Assembly: GCA_964016885.1 (NCBI GenBank) | Contig: OZ024742.1 | Location: 122,264,001-122,328,000 of the forward strand | Length of the DNA: 64,000 nucleotides | Source of the DNA: Eledone cirrhosa | Lineage: Eukaryota | Direction of reading: 5' to 3' | Shown: positions 42,678 to 56,949 of the stretch, piece by piece | Layout of the letters: each line of letters begins with the position of its first letter | Numbering within the stretch: the stretch's first letter is position 1 | Notes under the pieces: generated by a model | Told to the model about the DNA's origin: nothing | Database searches by the model: none | What the model saw: only the letters and a program-made list of their open reading frames with translations | Position numbers and translations under genes: made by a program

Positions 42678-43539
42678 TATAAATATAGACTTGTATAACA
42701 TGTTAAAAGCGTCATACGGGGCTGGGTGGGAGCATCACGTATCATTCCATATTTAGTCGTGGTCGGTGTGTGTGTGTGTTTGTATATATTGCTTTTGTTT
42801 TCATTCAGCATCATGTCATTCTTCATTGCTTTTCTCTAATATCATCTTCCATCACAATAAAGTAATAAAAACCATATAAAAAAAAGTAAATATATTAGTA
42901 TAAAGCTATATACAAAACATGTAGATTTCTATGGACATTTATAATGCAAAAATAACGTTAACAAACCTAAAGAATACAGAGCTGAAACGCAATTGTTGAA
43001 ATATAAATATGTTCCTCTTAGAGAGCATTTGTCATAAAAAAAATAGATCTAATAATGTGTAAACGTTCTTTCATAACAAAATATATATTGGTAAAGTATG
43101 GCTTACTGCACACGTATAAAAATGTTTCTCTGATTAATAACTAAAAATCACTACAGCATTTCGAAGCATATTTATAAAGAGGCATCCTCAACGACATCGC
43201 AAAGATAGTGAACCATAGATAAGACAGATATTTAGAAATAGATAAAAGTGCTGAGACCCTTCTGTTAGAGTCAAACAATACATCATTCGCCAGCACAAAA
43301 TTAAATATACCGTGCCAACTAACTTCTAACACTTGACACATAGACTGTTCAAATATAAAATACATGACAGCCAATTATTTATACTGATAACAATGGTAAG
43401 TCATTCGATTCTTTTTTACTTCTCTAGGCAATATGTTTATTTATTTGCGTGTTTAAATGTTTCAACTTTCTTACTCTTCATCTTTATGAAAGTATACCTA
43501 TTCCGCATGCCACCACCATAAAATGTAACTTAATGATTA

Positions 43540-43790
43540 GTCTTCTGGTAACGGCCGATAGGGTGGGGAAGACAACTCTCCAGAGTACGGTGAAGGAGAC
43601 GCACTGGAATAAACACTCCATATCGCGGGTCTCGCACGTGTTCCGAAGGCCAAAAACGCCGGAAGTCTCCACTGCCAAATGCTCAACCACAAACATATCC
43701 TTCTACATGGAGTTGCGACCGATAGATAGTATCAGCAATTGGAAAGACCAATGGAAATGTTGTTTGCTCAGTCCGATTTGACGAAAGTCG
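43540..43790 (-). mobile_element. 3' fragment of a CRE-like non-LTR retrotransposon
   Basis: LAVETSGVFG..TCETRDMECLFQCVSFTVLWR resembles the restriction-like endonuclease C-terminus (AVETxGxxG..PRExxxLFQRxSxAV). Confidence 0.6.
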
Positions 43791-44011
43791 ATCGCTCCTT
43801 ATATATATGTATAACAAAGATGGTGTGGACCATAACGCACCAGAGTACTCGATACTTTGGTTATTAGAATGAGTAATATGAAAAATTCAGGCCGCTAATG
43901 GCTGAGCCCCGGCTGTTTCGAAAATGTGAGCCGAATTGTTCGGATCTAGCTGTCGAAACGGCCGGAGCTCAGCCGTCGGGGTCCTGAATATTTTCATCTC
44001 TCTCTCTATAT

Positions 44012-44078
<67 letters not shown>

Positions 44079-46469
44079 CGTATGAGTATATACGTAGCGT
44101 TCAAGGGTGAAACCAGTGTTCTTAGTAAATAATTGTCTGTGGTATGTACTAGTAAAAGAGTACAGAATTTTGAAAAGTAACAGTGACAAGTAATGATACA
44201 GTTGCTATATCTGTAGCAACCGGAGCACCAGTATACATAATACATATCTAGTATCAACAAAAGTCTGTATAAAATCATTATCATACTCCCCACATTGCTT
44301 TAACAAGGGAGAGGCTCTTTGTCTTCCGTTTTGAATGACCAGTGGATATATATCGGAGTCTGCCATTTACTGCATGATTAATAAAGACCCAGATTTTGAC
44401 ATGTCGACCAGGCTGAAGTGATTTATCACCAAAGAATGCCTCTTAGCGGACAATCGTTGGAGCGTATTCAGTACTTTCACTGTTTTCCTCTTTCTTCTTT
44501 CAATTTTCGATTTAACGTTTTTTCTCTCTTAAGCACACACTTTTTTATTTTTTGTTTTCATACAATAAAAGAACGAGCTATTTTCCTAGATAATGACTAT
44601 TTACAATAATGCCACAAGCAAACAGTAGAATAGCGTCATTTCATGGATCGGTTTAGGGCTTAGGGCGTGGGTTTGGGACAGGAAATAATTGTCATCATTC
44701 ATTAATAGATTCGCCTGAGTAAATATTTGTCGAATCACATTGTTTCAGAAATATAATTAGTTTTAATCAATTGAATTCTTCACTACAAGGTTTAAAAAAA
44801 TATTAATAATCTATTCGATTTTTAAAGTATGAAGTATGAGAAAACACTTAAAATGAGATTACACAAAATGTAAAGTGGCAGATGAACAAATTTCATTACA
44901 GCTCTGCGCAGAAATATAACATGAAGTTAGAAACAAAATATCAGTCTGGAAAAATGATCTACTTAGGTTTTGGATAATTGATATATGCCACAAAATCATT
45001 ATTTTCAATTACAAGTAGTGTTTGGTTATAACATTTCTTAGTAGACTCTAGTGATTCACATATTATCGAAGTTTACTGGGAACATGTCTTAGGTTTCCAT
45101 TTCTAAATATTTCTTGATTAAAGTCAACTTTGGCAGCTCTTACGAGAATAAGTCAATTATTGAATCAATGGAGGATAGTATGTACTATTTCTTTAAACAT
45201 CCAAATTTATTCCAAGCAACTATTGGCATTTGTGTTATCATTACTATTATTATTATCTTTACTTTTGTTGTCGTCGTTATTATTAATATTATTATTGTTA
45301 TTATTAGGATTTTTATTATTATTAGTAGTAGTAGGAACATTATTACTATTATTAGTATTGATGATATCAGAGCGTGTTGTGCCGCAGTAAGGTATTGATC
45401 CACATTATATGTAGTCACTGCCAATCCCTGTCTTGAAGACTGTTTTCTTTTCTCTTTTCATTTGTACGTTTCTTTTATTACTATAAAAAGCTTGCTATTC
45501 CCTTAGTTCCATGCCAACATTTGTGTACGGAGGGGAGTTTTGTAATTGTGGTGGATAGGAGGAGCTATAAATTTGGAGATATGCCAGGAGATAAAGTCAG
45601 ATAAATAAATTTTTGAAGATAGGTCATGTGACTCAGAAATAAAAAGCCGATAAAACAAAGGAAGAGATAATTAAATGAAACAATGAGAAATAATTTAGCG
45701 CGATGCTTATATGTATGTTCTTTAGTATATTAGAGAATAAAATGAAAGTATGTTTCCATCTCATAAGTTAACGACTTAAGCGACCAGGCATGATTATGCT
45801 TCAAGTAAACAACTGCAGAAGTAACTTTGTTTTGTCTGTTAAAATGATATAGAGAAAATGAACTTTAGTCTGTTATTTTTGGAAGACCCACTGATATCTA
45901 TATTGCGAGACCTTTACCCCGGGAACAGATAACATACTGTAGATTACTTATCAATCGTAGACAGAAGCAATAAGATAGTTGATTAAATATATGAAAAGCA
46001 ATTAGTTCATCTGGTTAGGACAAGGATCCAAATCCAGAAATATGAAATATTCACATAAAATTAATGATAAGTATCCTGTTATTGACCTGTCAGTCCAAAG
46101 ATATTTGTTGTTAGGATTGATTAAATCTCATTAGTCAGTATGTTTTCCAAACGATAACCATTCTAACTTGCGATTAGAACTTAAAACTTCTTATTGCTAT
46201 TTACTCGAGATAAAATGTGCATTGTCATTGTAGAACATTTTCCACCTCATGTATGTTCATCATCATGGATGCTAACATAGCTTACTCTTAGGGCTTGTAC
46301 ATTGCTGAGCCAACAAGATACATTTTATGTGGTCATTTAACCAGTTGGATATTGTTGCCAAACCTAATTCAAATAAATTACTATCGACATAAATGAAGGG
46401 ATGGCATGTTAATGGTTCTAGACAAATTAAACATTAATAAACTCATCATTGTAAATACAGTCGAACATT

Positions 46470-47140
46470 CCTTCAAAAATGTCTCTCAACAATTTTCGAT
46501 TTTCCATTGCAGCTGGCAACTGTTCCCTACTGAAGTTTGAATCATCTGAGAGTTGATCGACGAAGGTTCGTGCAGGTTGACCTCTACTGCATCTCCCAAG
46601 AGTTGATTCCCACAATAATATCGTGCTTATAACAGCAATGTCCCGAAAATTGTAACCTTCTTTGAACAATTGTAGTTATTATATTAAGCAGGTTTCCGTA
46701 TAAACTTTCTTTCGTAATACGTTGAGGTCAGTTTATGTCCAACCCTAAGCATTTTAGTGTATGTTCCATCTCGTTATTTCTCAAGGGTTTGTGCCAGAGT
46801 CCATGTACCTGACCCATACAACAACCTGAGTTTACAGTTATTCTAAAGAATGATATCTTGATTTGTCTAGGTAGATCTGACTTTCATATGCTTTCAATTT
46901 GTTTATTGTAAATTCTAATGTCAATATGTTTTTTGGTAAACTCATCCAGCTGCTCAAATATAGAAAATCCTCAACACTATTCAGTATTCCGCCATCACGT
47001 GAAACAAGATTTCCATCTACTTGGTTTAGTGGAATGTGACGTGTCTTGGTAACATTTATGTGAATAAGATATGTGTTGATTACAACTGATGAGCCTTTTA
47101 CCAGGAATTTAGGGCCCTAAACATCATCAACAATATAAGC
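46470..47140 (-). mobile_element. Decayed RTE-like LINE 3' region
   Basis: STILLWESTLGRCSRGQPARTFVDQLSDD..LPAAMENR matches the LLWxP..RGRP..T(Y/F)xDQL C-terminal motif. Confidence 0.7.
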
Positions 47141-47927
47141 TAAAAGAGTAACTTGTATATCAATATAACTCAAGTGTTACTTCGAGAAACTTAACTTAAT
47201 TTGTTTTCGTCATTGTGAGTTCGAGACCCGGACCGCGTGATGCATTGAGTTCTTGTGCAAATCACTTTATTTCCCGTTGCTCCAGTTCACTCAGTTGTAG
47301 AAATGAGTTGCCACGTCACTGGTGTTAAGCTGTATTAGCTACTACCTTTCCCTTGGACAATATCGGGGGCAAGGAGTGCGGTGACTAGCATGGCTGACTG
47401 CTGGTCTTCCACTAACACACATTTCACAGGCTTGTTTCTCAGAGGGGAACTTTCCAGGTGTAAATGCATGGAAATTCCTGACCAAATAGCGTCTACGACT
47501 ACGACGATGATATATATATATATATATATAGTTTAGAGATTGTAACGTAATGTTACTGTTGGTTTATAGATATATATATATATATTTGTGTCCTCCTAAT
47601 TTGGCAAACAGAAGGAGGACTGCCGACCCTCACAAACTAGGCAAAACAAAGACAGACCACAACAGCCACCAAATGGGGAAGATAACTCCCATGTTGCTTA
47701 ATATTTATATTCTATAGATATGTCCCCTTATTACATATATATCATCATTCTGGTGATAAAAATGTAATTATTTTTAACAAATACATATTTGTAATAAATA
47801 CGTATTGTAATTGGATAAATAGCAACATATATTCTTTACATTCCTGAGTGGAAATTATTTGACCCCTTGGGTTAAAACAACAACCTTGTCTATGGTTAGT
47901 ATTAATGGATTTTATCTGTTTAGCAAT

Positions 47928-47992
47928 CATTTTATCTGTTTAGCAAGCATTTTATCTGTTTACAAGCATTTTATCTGTTTAGCAAGCATTTG
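47928..47992 (+). repeat. ~20-bp tandem repeat (TTTTATCTGTTTAGCAAGCA); the array starts near 47910
   Basis: About four units, visible directly. Confidence 0.8.
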
Positions 47993-48763
47993 CCCTAACG
48001 CTCAGAGGCCTTGGATATATAAAACAACGTTACCTGGGAAGAATCCCCATTCTGTCAAGTGGATAAAAACGTTAATGTTGAAGGTAACACCATCCTTAAT
48101 TATATTTGATATCATTTACCTCCTGGAAATGTATGCGATGTTGGGTTAGCAGAATTGGTTGATCGTTGGATAAAATGCGATAACGTTATTTTACTGACCT
48201 AAAACATTCAGAAATCATATTGCACCATGGTCAAATTTGCCTTTCATCCACCCGGGTTCGATAACTGACAATGCCCATTTCTTGTGCCTTAAATAAACAT
48301 CAATATATATATATATATTCATGTATAAATATATACACATACATATTTTATCGCTCGGACACCCCGTCTCCCTCTCCCCACTCCACCCACCACCACCCCT
48401 ACTCACGCCACACCCTTCCACCACCTGTTTACCCCCCTTTTAATTTCAGTTTATTTTGATCATGGCTTTATTTTCAAATTTTCTCCTTCCTTGTATTTTG
48501 ATCATGCTTTATTTTTATTTATTTATTATATTTATTATATTTTTTGTCTTTATTTGTTAATTTTTCATTCGCACCGTTTCCTTTCGCTATATGTCTCTCC
48601 ACCACTCCCCCACACACCTTTTGAACTCTGTTCCCACACACTTCTCACCTGAAGAAGGGCTTATGCCCGAAACGTCGTCCTCCACCTACCCCCACTCTCC
48701 TGAGCGTGAATTTAATAAACATTTATTGTACTGCCTCTCTGTTCTGTCCCTGTTCAATTTTTC

Positions 48764-48804
<41 letters not shown>

Positions 48805-49347
48805 CGCCATATTCCCAGTGACAGGGGGGACGGAGTATATTAATAAAGATGAAGATGCGAAGTTGAAGGTGTTAGAGTCCTTTATTATTTGAGCCGTTAT
48901 ATATATTTTAATGACGATACACATCATGATCTTTTCAGACAGTAAATATTGATTAAAAGGTAACATTTCTGAGGCAATTTTATTTGGAAGGGAACGGACT
49001 AAAAAATGTGTGTTTGCTTTGGTTGTCCGCCCCTTCTTGTTTCAGGCCATTCAGACAGCTCTCCGCATGTCGCAGGGGTGTGTGGGTGGCTGACTTCTCC
49101 AGCCACACCCAGAATACGACCAACCTTGTATGTTCACTCTATCTACCAACCCCCCAACTCCTCGATCGGCAACTCGATATGGTCAGTGGGAGTTCAAGCC
49201 AGCCAAAATGTACTGCTTGCTTTGGCAACCAGTAGTGTTTCGGTGCATTGTACCCGCCATCCGTTTATGGTGGGATAATCAGCCCGAAGTGAGAAAGTTC
49301 CCTGCTGCTAGGGTTAATATAACTTATCATAGAATCATAGAAAATAT

Positions 49348-49458
<111 letters not shown>

Positions 49459-49727
49459 GTGTGTGTGTGTCAGGTCACTCTTGAGTGCATGTAAATCAGT
49501 AACATGTAAATCAGTACAACCTGTCGCATGGTCGGGTCGTCGGTGACTAAACCGGCAACCCCACCAAGATTACTTGGTGAGGGGGGGATTTTGGACACAC
49601 TGCAGGACTAAAATCAAAACCTAACTAAAGGCGGTAGAACTGATAAGAGTCAACGGCCACCCCAAAATGTGTAAATATGTATATACAGATATACATATGT
49701 ATGTGTATGTATATACGTGTGTATATG

Positions 49728-50228
49728 CCTGGGTGTCAGGGAGCGGCATGTACCTCTGTAGGGGAGCTAGCGATGCCGTTTTCAGGACAGCTCCTCCTGC
49801 ATTGGGTCCCACCTAACACTCAGCTCTTACCTGTGACCCCAAGAAGCTGTAGCATGCGACGGCGGCCATACCCTGGTAAACTGCCTTGGCTCGCGGGCCG
49901 TACCCGGTTGAGTGTAGCCGGACGGGTCTGAAACCCCCGGTTAGTTAGATAGGGATGCCTGCCCCTGCATGCGAAGACTGGACTCGGCGGAGTGAGTGGA
50001 GGAGGACAACATCATCCCAACGGTCACGAAGGCAGCGACAGCAAGCGGTGTGGAGCGCTAGGGCACGGCAAGGCACTACGGATGTTGTGGCCATCCACTG
50101 CAGCCAAGGAAGTCCCTGGTCGTGACGGTCCTCCTTACCACCGGATTCTGGTTTCTGCGGTCGAGAGAGTGGCAGCTGAGGGGAACTAAATTAAAGAAGA
50201 TGTCATCATCGGTCACGATGGACAACCA

Positions 50229-50230
<2 letters not shown>
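49728..50230 (+). mobile_element. GC-rich segment resembling the 5' UTR of an RTE/BovB-type LINE
   Basis: Motifs CCACTGCAGCCAAGGAAG..CCACCGGA..GGTCGAGAGAGTGG, recalled from RTE 5' UTRs. No ORF. Flanked by TA repeats. The assignment is from memory and needs a library search. Confidence 0.5.
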
Positions 50231-50300
<70 letters not shown>

Positions 50301-51344
50301 GTATACATGTATGTTACGTGCATATATTGTGTCCCTCTAAAATAAGTAATAATATTTGAAAAAATAAGTTGTACAGTATAGAAATCGACATTGCATTATT
50401 AAGAAAAAACTACCATGTCTGTTTATGTGTATAAAATTATTTCATTTAAGATTAATATATTAAAATCAAGCTATTATAAGTAAATTGAATTATGATATTT
50501 AAATATATAAAATAGATTTACTATCGGTACACTATCTACTAGACTTTGTGTGAAGTAAACTGACGACGGATCAATTTCATTAAAATAATTTGAACTACAT
50601 ATTTTTATCTTCGTTTTGTAGCTCCATTTTCAGGCATTCAATCTTTTACAGTTTCCTTAAAATATCTAATTGTGTAGAGTTTTAATTTATATTCAGCGAT
50701 AAAAAGCGCTTCTTTGCAATCAACCAAATTTAGCACAGGGGGTGGTAGCATACAAATATACAAGCTGATTCACTTGGATAATGACACAAATTATGTCAAA
50801 CCCTTGCGGATTTGTATTTAGATTGCTATTCCCCTAATTCCATTATCTTTTGTCATTTATACACACAAACACACATAACATATTCATAATCGCTCATGCC
50901 CATGTTATAACGTCCACACTAAGCCATATATACATACACAGATCAACATATACATACACAGATACAGACGTTTTAGGGCAATCAGCAACTTTCCTATCTC
51001 TGAGGTAGAAACTACCAGCTTATCAGATCTCGGGCCCCCTTTACGTGTGTTGTTTGTTTTCCATTTGTGTTACATTTACGTGGCATATGTGACAATATTT
51101 TTTGTCCATGTTTTCCGTCCGTATCTCTCCATATATTTGTGCTATTTATGCTATTATACAAAATGAAAATGATGCCGTATTTTTCCATACAGGGTGGAGT
51201 TGTTTACTACATTACTGTGGTCTTATCCTATCATCAGATTGCTCCTTTGTCCCGTGAGTCTTTCTATGACTCCTTTTCTCTGTCTTAAGACCGTATCAAA
51301 TATTTTCATGACTCCCAACTTCACTCCACTGATAGTCACCCACC

Positions 51345-51895
51345 GTAAAATGTAACTGTAGAATCAAATCAAACTGCCCTTTCCAAAATAAGTGTTGAGA
51401 TAAAAACATAGTCTATAAATGCACAGTTAAAACTTGTGGTAATATATTTAACTATGTCGGTGTCACTTCTACAAAATTTAAAGATCGCTGGAATAACCAC
51501 AATTTAGAAGATCTGATAAAAAATCTTCTACTTCTCTTTCACATCTTATATGAAACTTAAAAAGCAAGAATATAGACTATTCAATATCTTGGAAAACGAT
51601 TTCATAAGCACCTGCGTACTATAATATGGCTTTATCAAAATTCTGTAAATTGTGTATTGAAGACATTTTTTATATAATTAACTGTCAAAAGTCTATTAAT
51701 CTCACAACAGAATTATTTAGTTCTTGCAGACATCGCCAAAATTCTACATTCAGAACTATGTATAATTTATAATATTCCTATAAATCTTCAAAATGATCCT
51801 ATCGTTTTTAACAATTCATATTTTTAATATATTAATATCTCTAAATCCTAATATCTCTAATGTTTGTAGTACTTTCATATTTTAGCCAAGATTTC

Positions 51896-51947
<52 letters not shown>

Positions 51948-53300
51948 ATATATTTTTATTGTTTGACCCGAATTACTTGGTCGTTTCTTTGGTTGTGCGG
52001 ATGTTTGTTTAACCATCGTCTCAGTGTGTTTGGCCTTTAACGTATGTTGTAGCTCTGGTTCATCTGAATCATCGAGCGCTTGCCACACATCTCGGAAGTT
52101 GTTTTTCTTTAATTACTAAGCCGAAATACGATTCTCGCTAATTTATATTTGTATTAATCTCCAGAATCTAGCTATTGACCAGTTAATTTTCTTGATTTTT
52201 TTAGTTGATTATATTGACTGATGAATAGCTTATGTTAACTTTAACCATTCTGTCGAGAGCTTTATTCGATTTGTGATGTTTTGCATTCTTGCAATATTAT
52301 ACACAACTGAATTCATTCGCCTAAAATAAGTGTTGCCTCCCTTGCTGAATTCCACGTGGGGTCAGTAATAGTAACAATTTGAATTAGCAATTGAACTAAA
52401 ACCTGTTGATAAAGTGGCTTTCTTGTTCAATCATCTTACCAGAAGCCCAACATTATTTATGTAAGCGGACAGTACTTGATTTAGAACCCAAATACTGGAT
52501 TTTACCAACCTCTAAATTTTACCACTCTCTAAAGCTATTTTTTAAACCATTAACTTACTTTAGGAAAATGTATCCTATTCAAGACGATGTTCAAACATCA
52601 ATATTCCTTTCGACTAAATAATTAATTAATCTCACACTAACTCTTAAAAAATTATCGAATAACAAATAAAATTGGAGTTATCTTTCCTTTCTCAATTATA
52701 TAAGCTTATTATACATATCTCCGTTAAGTTATCCAAATATATAAATTCATAATTTTAACTACCTATTTATTTCCATAAAATACAAAATAAACAACCCTCG
52801 TAACTCATTAAAACCAACCTAAACTTGAACTACCTATTTACTTATTTGTTTATTTATTTATCTACATAAAACAGAAAATCATATCAATATATACATAAAA
52901 TTTATTTCCCCCAAATTAACGTATATAAGTGTCTTCTTCCTTTTTCCCTTTTCCTTCTTCTTCCTTTTCCTTTTTTTCTTTTTTCTTTCTCTCTTACTAA
53001 TATATCAACACTTTCCATAGCGTTTGAAATAACGGTTTTTCAATCATATAACTCAACATTATTTACATATTCATTTCCATAATCATCCATAAGTTTGAAA
53101 AATCCGTTCTATAATCTCACTACCCAAGCAATGTTCAATTGATAAAGTATGTTTTCCTTGGCTATGTCAAAATTTATAAAACACTCTTTGTATTTTATCT
53201 GATGAAAGCGTACCAAAGTTTTCGGTATCCTTGAAATATAGATACTAGAATAAATATGGTTTTATAAATAAATATAGTTTCCATTTATTTAATATCATTG
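51345..53300 (+). mobile_element. Decayed Naiad-type PLE copy 6 (EN pseudo-ORF ~51348-51770, long UTR, family B HHR at 53191-53252)
   Basis: KCNCRIKSNCPFQNKC*DKNIVYKC..NYVGVTSTKFKDRWNNH, STSLSHLI*NLK..YSISWK and FCKLCIED..ELFSSCRHR, not in the ORF track. UAUUUUAU-CUGAUGA-AAGCGUACC...GGUAUCCUU-GAAA. Confidence 0.85.
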
Positions 53301-53310
53301 TATATATATA

Positions 53311-53384
<74 letters not shown>

Positions 53385-53694
53385 GAGAATCAGGACCCCT
53401 ATCTGACTGTCGAAATGGCCGGAGCTCTGCCGTCGGGGTCTTGATTCTCTTCATATTATCCACTCTACTACCTCAAGTATCGAGGACTCTGGTGGGTTAT
53501 GGTCCACCTGGTATTTTATCACACCTTATCTAATAGATATAAATCCATATATATTTACTTTATTTTGGCACAGGTGAAACTCCAGATTCACAAAACTCAC
53601 AATGAATATTTAATCTCTATATCTGTATTGAATAATATTTTCTCTCGTCCGCCAGTTAAATACGGATATATATATATATATATATATATATGCA

Positions 53695-54300
53695 GAGGTT
53701 ATATTTAATTTGTTGGGTTTCAACAAGTTTAAACATTTTTATAACTGATATAAAGCACTCAACAGTATAGTGGAGTCAATATTCAATATATTAACATATG
53801 GAAACTATATTTATAAAACCATATTTATTCTATTATACATATTTCAAGGGCCACCAAGGCAAATTATGGTGCGCTTTCAGATAAAATACAATGCAGATAT
53901 GTTTTATAAATAAATATTGACATACCCTGAAAAAAGACAACCTTAACGGTTGGAGTTTCCTGGATAGTGGAGATATTACGTTTATTGAGGGTGATAGAAA
54001 ATTATGATTAAGTATGCAAATGGGTGTCCAAAAGGTTGAAAAGATAACGGTTTATTTAAATTAAACTGTTGGAAGAAGGTGATATGTGAGGGAGTTAGAA
54101 AAAAGAAAGAAAGAAGGAGCGATTATATATATTTTTTGACAGTGAAAATATTGTGAAGAGAAGAGCGTAAGTATATTTTTAAGTGAGAGAAGATATTAAA
54201 TACCGCGTAAGTATATTTACGTGAGAGGAGAAATGAAGAAAAGAAGAAAAGAGAATAGCGTGGAGGAATAATATTTATAATGCAGGATTCGTTATGTTTT
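53695..54300 (-). mobile_element. Family B PLE 3' UTR/pLTR fragment
   Basis: 53695-53930 matches 1675-1912. The HHR core has lost 3 nt. Confidence 0.75.
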
Positions 54301-54318
54301 GATTATAATATTTATAAT

Positions 54319-54503
54319 TGTTTCTACGTTAGGCACAAAGCCAGAAAATACCCAGTGTATTACTGGTACTCTATGTTATCGACCCCGTAAGGATGAAAGG
54401 CAAAGTTAACCTCGGCGGATTTGAACTCAGAATGGCAAGGGCCGTAACTCTATGCGTCAAAGCATGGCGTCCGACCCTCTACCGATACTGCCAATCCACC
54501 GCC
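54319..54503 (-). mobile_element. Full-length tRNA-derived SINE
   Basis: Same family as 2076-2262 (A/B boxes, TAGAAACA end). Confidence 0.9.
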
Positions 54504-54504
54504 T

Positions 54505-56605
54505 TTGGTGGATATTTATAATGATAGGTCAACCTATCATGAGTGCTTTCATCTCCGCCTTCTTCTGCATGAAGTTGTAGGCCCACAAAGTTTTCTGGAC
54601 CTCAAAACTGTTGATGGAGAAATATGTGATACGTACCGGCAAGCCTGCTTTAAGCGTGGTCTTTTGGAAGATGATTCGCAATGGAATTCCATTTTAACAG
54701 AGGGTGCTTTGTTGAAATCACGTAAAGGTCTACGGGAATTCTTTGCCATTTTGCTTCAAAAGTGTGAATTGGGTGATCCCAAATTTTTATGGGTCAAGTA
54801 CAGAGACTTCATGTCTCAGGACTTCCTGCGCCTAGCTTGCCGTCAGACGTATGGTTTTCCGTCAACCGCCAGAGAGAGGAAGCTAACATGTTGGCCCCGG
54901 ATTTGTTGCGGGAAACGGCATATGACATCGAATCTCTTTCCCAATACTTAGAGGAATATGAGCCCAAACTTCTGTCGGAGCAAAGGTTGGCCTATCTAAC
55001 TATCATTGATGCAGTCTAAAATCAGACTGGGGGTATTTACTTTCTCGATGCTCCTGGGGGTACCGGAAACACTTTTGTAACGAAATTGATTCTCACTAAG
55101 ATTCGTCAGGAGATAAAAATTGCGTTGGCCGTTGCATCGTCCGGGATCGCTGCTACTTTGCTGCCGGGGGCAGGACAGCACATTCAACCTTTAAACTTCC
55201 CTTGGATTTAGTAAAAACTGAGACACATGCAATATCAGCAAGAATTCACACGAAGCTCTGGTTCTCAAAAAATGTTGCCTCATTGTTTGGGATCAGTGCA
55301 CAATGACACACAAGGGTGCCCTTGAGGCATTGGACGGCACCCTGAAAGACATTAGGGATTCTACGGCTCCTATGTGTGGCGTAACTCTTCTGCTATCAGG
55401 GGATTTTTGGCAAACACTGCCTGTCATCCCCAAAGGGACAAGAGCTGATGAGGTGCGTGCCTGCCTTAAATCCTCCATGTTGTGGATCCAGGTGAAGCGT
55501 TTGTACCTGAGCACAAATATGCTTGCCCATTTGCATGGTGACAACATGTCTAGCATTTTCTCAGAACATTTTAGCACTTGGTGAGGGCAACGTCCCTGCG
55601 GATGACAAGGGCGGCACAGCAATCGACTCCCTGTGCAACATTGTGTGCAGCCCTTCTGACCTTTGGGAAGCGGTTTTAAAAACCTCGATTGGCTCAGCGA
55701 AAGACCCATCCTTGCTCCGAAAAATACCATGGTGAATTTTATTAACGAGCAGCTGATTATTCCCGGTAAAGAGCACATCTTCAAATCTATCGACCGGACG
55801 TCAGACCCCACGATACCGTTAATTATCCAGTTGAGTTATTACATTCCCTTGAGCCCCCAGGACTCCAGTACACATTCTTAAGCTTAGGGTTGGCTGTCCC
55901 ATTATGCTAATAAGGAACTTGCGTCGACCAAAGCAGAGCAACGGTACTCGCATGGTCGACAAAGTCACTCACGCCACACTTGATTGAGGCCACCATTGTA
56001 ACGGTGTGCGTGAGAGGGGAGAATGTTTCATTCCAAGGATGAACCTTTTCCCCTCGGCGTCAGATATCCCGTTCGATTTCCGGCGATCCCAATTCCCCGT
56101 GAGACCATGTTTTGCTATGTCCATTAACAAGTCACAAAGGCAAACATTGTCGGTGGCGGGCATCCATTTGTGGGAGCCATGCTTATCCCATGGCCAATTT
56201 TATGTTACCTGTTCCCGCGTAGGGAGCAGGAATAGACTTTTTGCTTATTCTCCTCAAGGGATCCCAGGCAATATCGTCTACAAAGAGGTGCTATAGATGT
56301 TGGTGCAGGTGCTGGAGGTGTTGGAGCTATGCCGTCTGGAAAACTAGTTCCTAGGGGGGTCACCCATGGCGGACAGATCTGACACCCAGCGGCATCAGGG
56401 TCACCATCTTGCAACTTTGGTCTACTAAATTTGCTATTGGAAGATTATTAACCCATCATTGGTTGTGCAAAATGCTAATTGGTTCGTAACATTTAATAAC
56501 CGGTTCAACCGGCTTATGCACTTAATTGCACTTTCAAGCCATGTTTACCTGTATGTAACTTTTCATAGGAAATGAACAAACCCGAGAAACGCCGGGCTAA
56601 GCTGG
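54505..56605 (+). mobile_element. 5'-truncated Helitron: RepHel/Pif1-like helicase pseudogene with 3' terminus
   Basis: LRLLLHEVVGPQSFLDLKTV..ACFKRGLLEDD, FLDAPGGTG, AVASSGIAATLL, GDFWQTLPV, QFPVRPCFAMSINKSQ, SHGQFYVTCSRV and NIVYKEVL*, with many frameshifts. 3' hairpin CCCGAGAAACGCCGGG (56581-56596) followed by CTGG|T. Confidence 0.93.
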
Positions 56606-56607
56606 TA

Positions 56608-56648
<41 letters not shown>

Positions 56649-56845
56649 AACGAGTAGGACCCCGACGGCTGAGCTCAAGCCGTTTCGACGGCTAATTCTG
56701 GACTGAATGAGTCCAGAATTAGCCGTCGAAACGGCTTGAGCTCAGCCGTCGGGGTCCTACTCGTTCCTATTACCCACTCTACTACCCTAAGTATTGAGTA
56801 CTTTGGTGCGTTATGGTCCACCTGGTTCCTTACCACATTTATTCG

Positions 56846-56909
<64 letters not shown>

Positions 56910-56949
56910 TATATAAATATATATATGTATATAATATATATATATATAC

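Noticed and set aside
45114-45424. Hydrophobic membrane-protein-like ORFs
   Set aside because: They derive from a degenerate (ATT)n trinucleotide tract.
51396-51398. In-frame TGA codons in Naiad fragments (also ~51551 and ~40458) as possible selenocysteine, which has been reported for some Naiads
   Set aside because: They align to Leu, Trp and Ser positions in sister copies rather than Cys, they lie in decayed copies (copy 6 is also frameshifted), and I recognised no SECIS.
54505-56296. Host PIF1 helicase gene
   Set aside because: It is intronless and frameshifted, carries Helitron-specific upstream motifs, and ends in a Helitron hairpin plus CTRR terminus.
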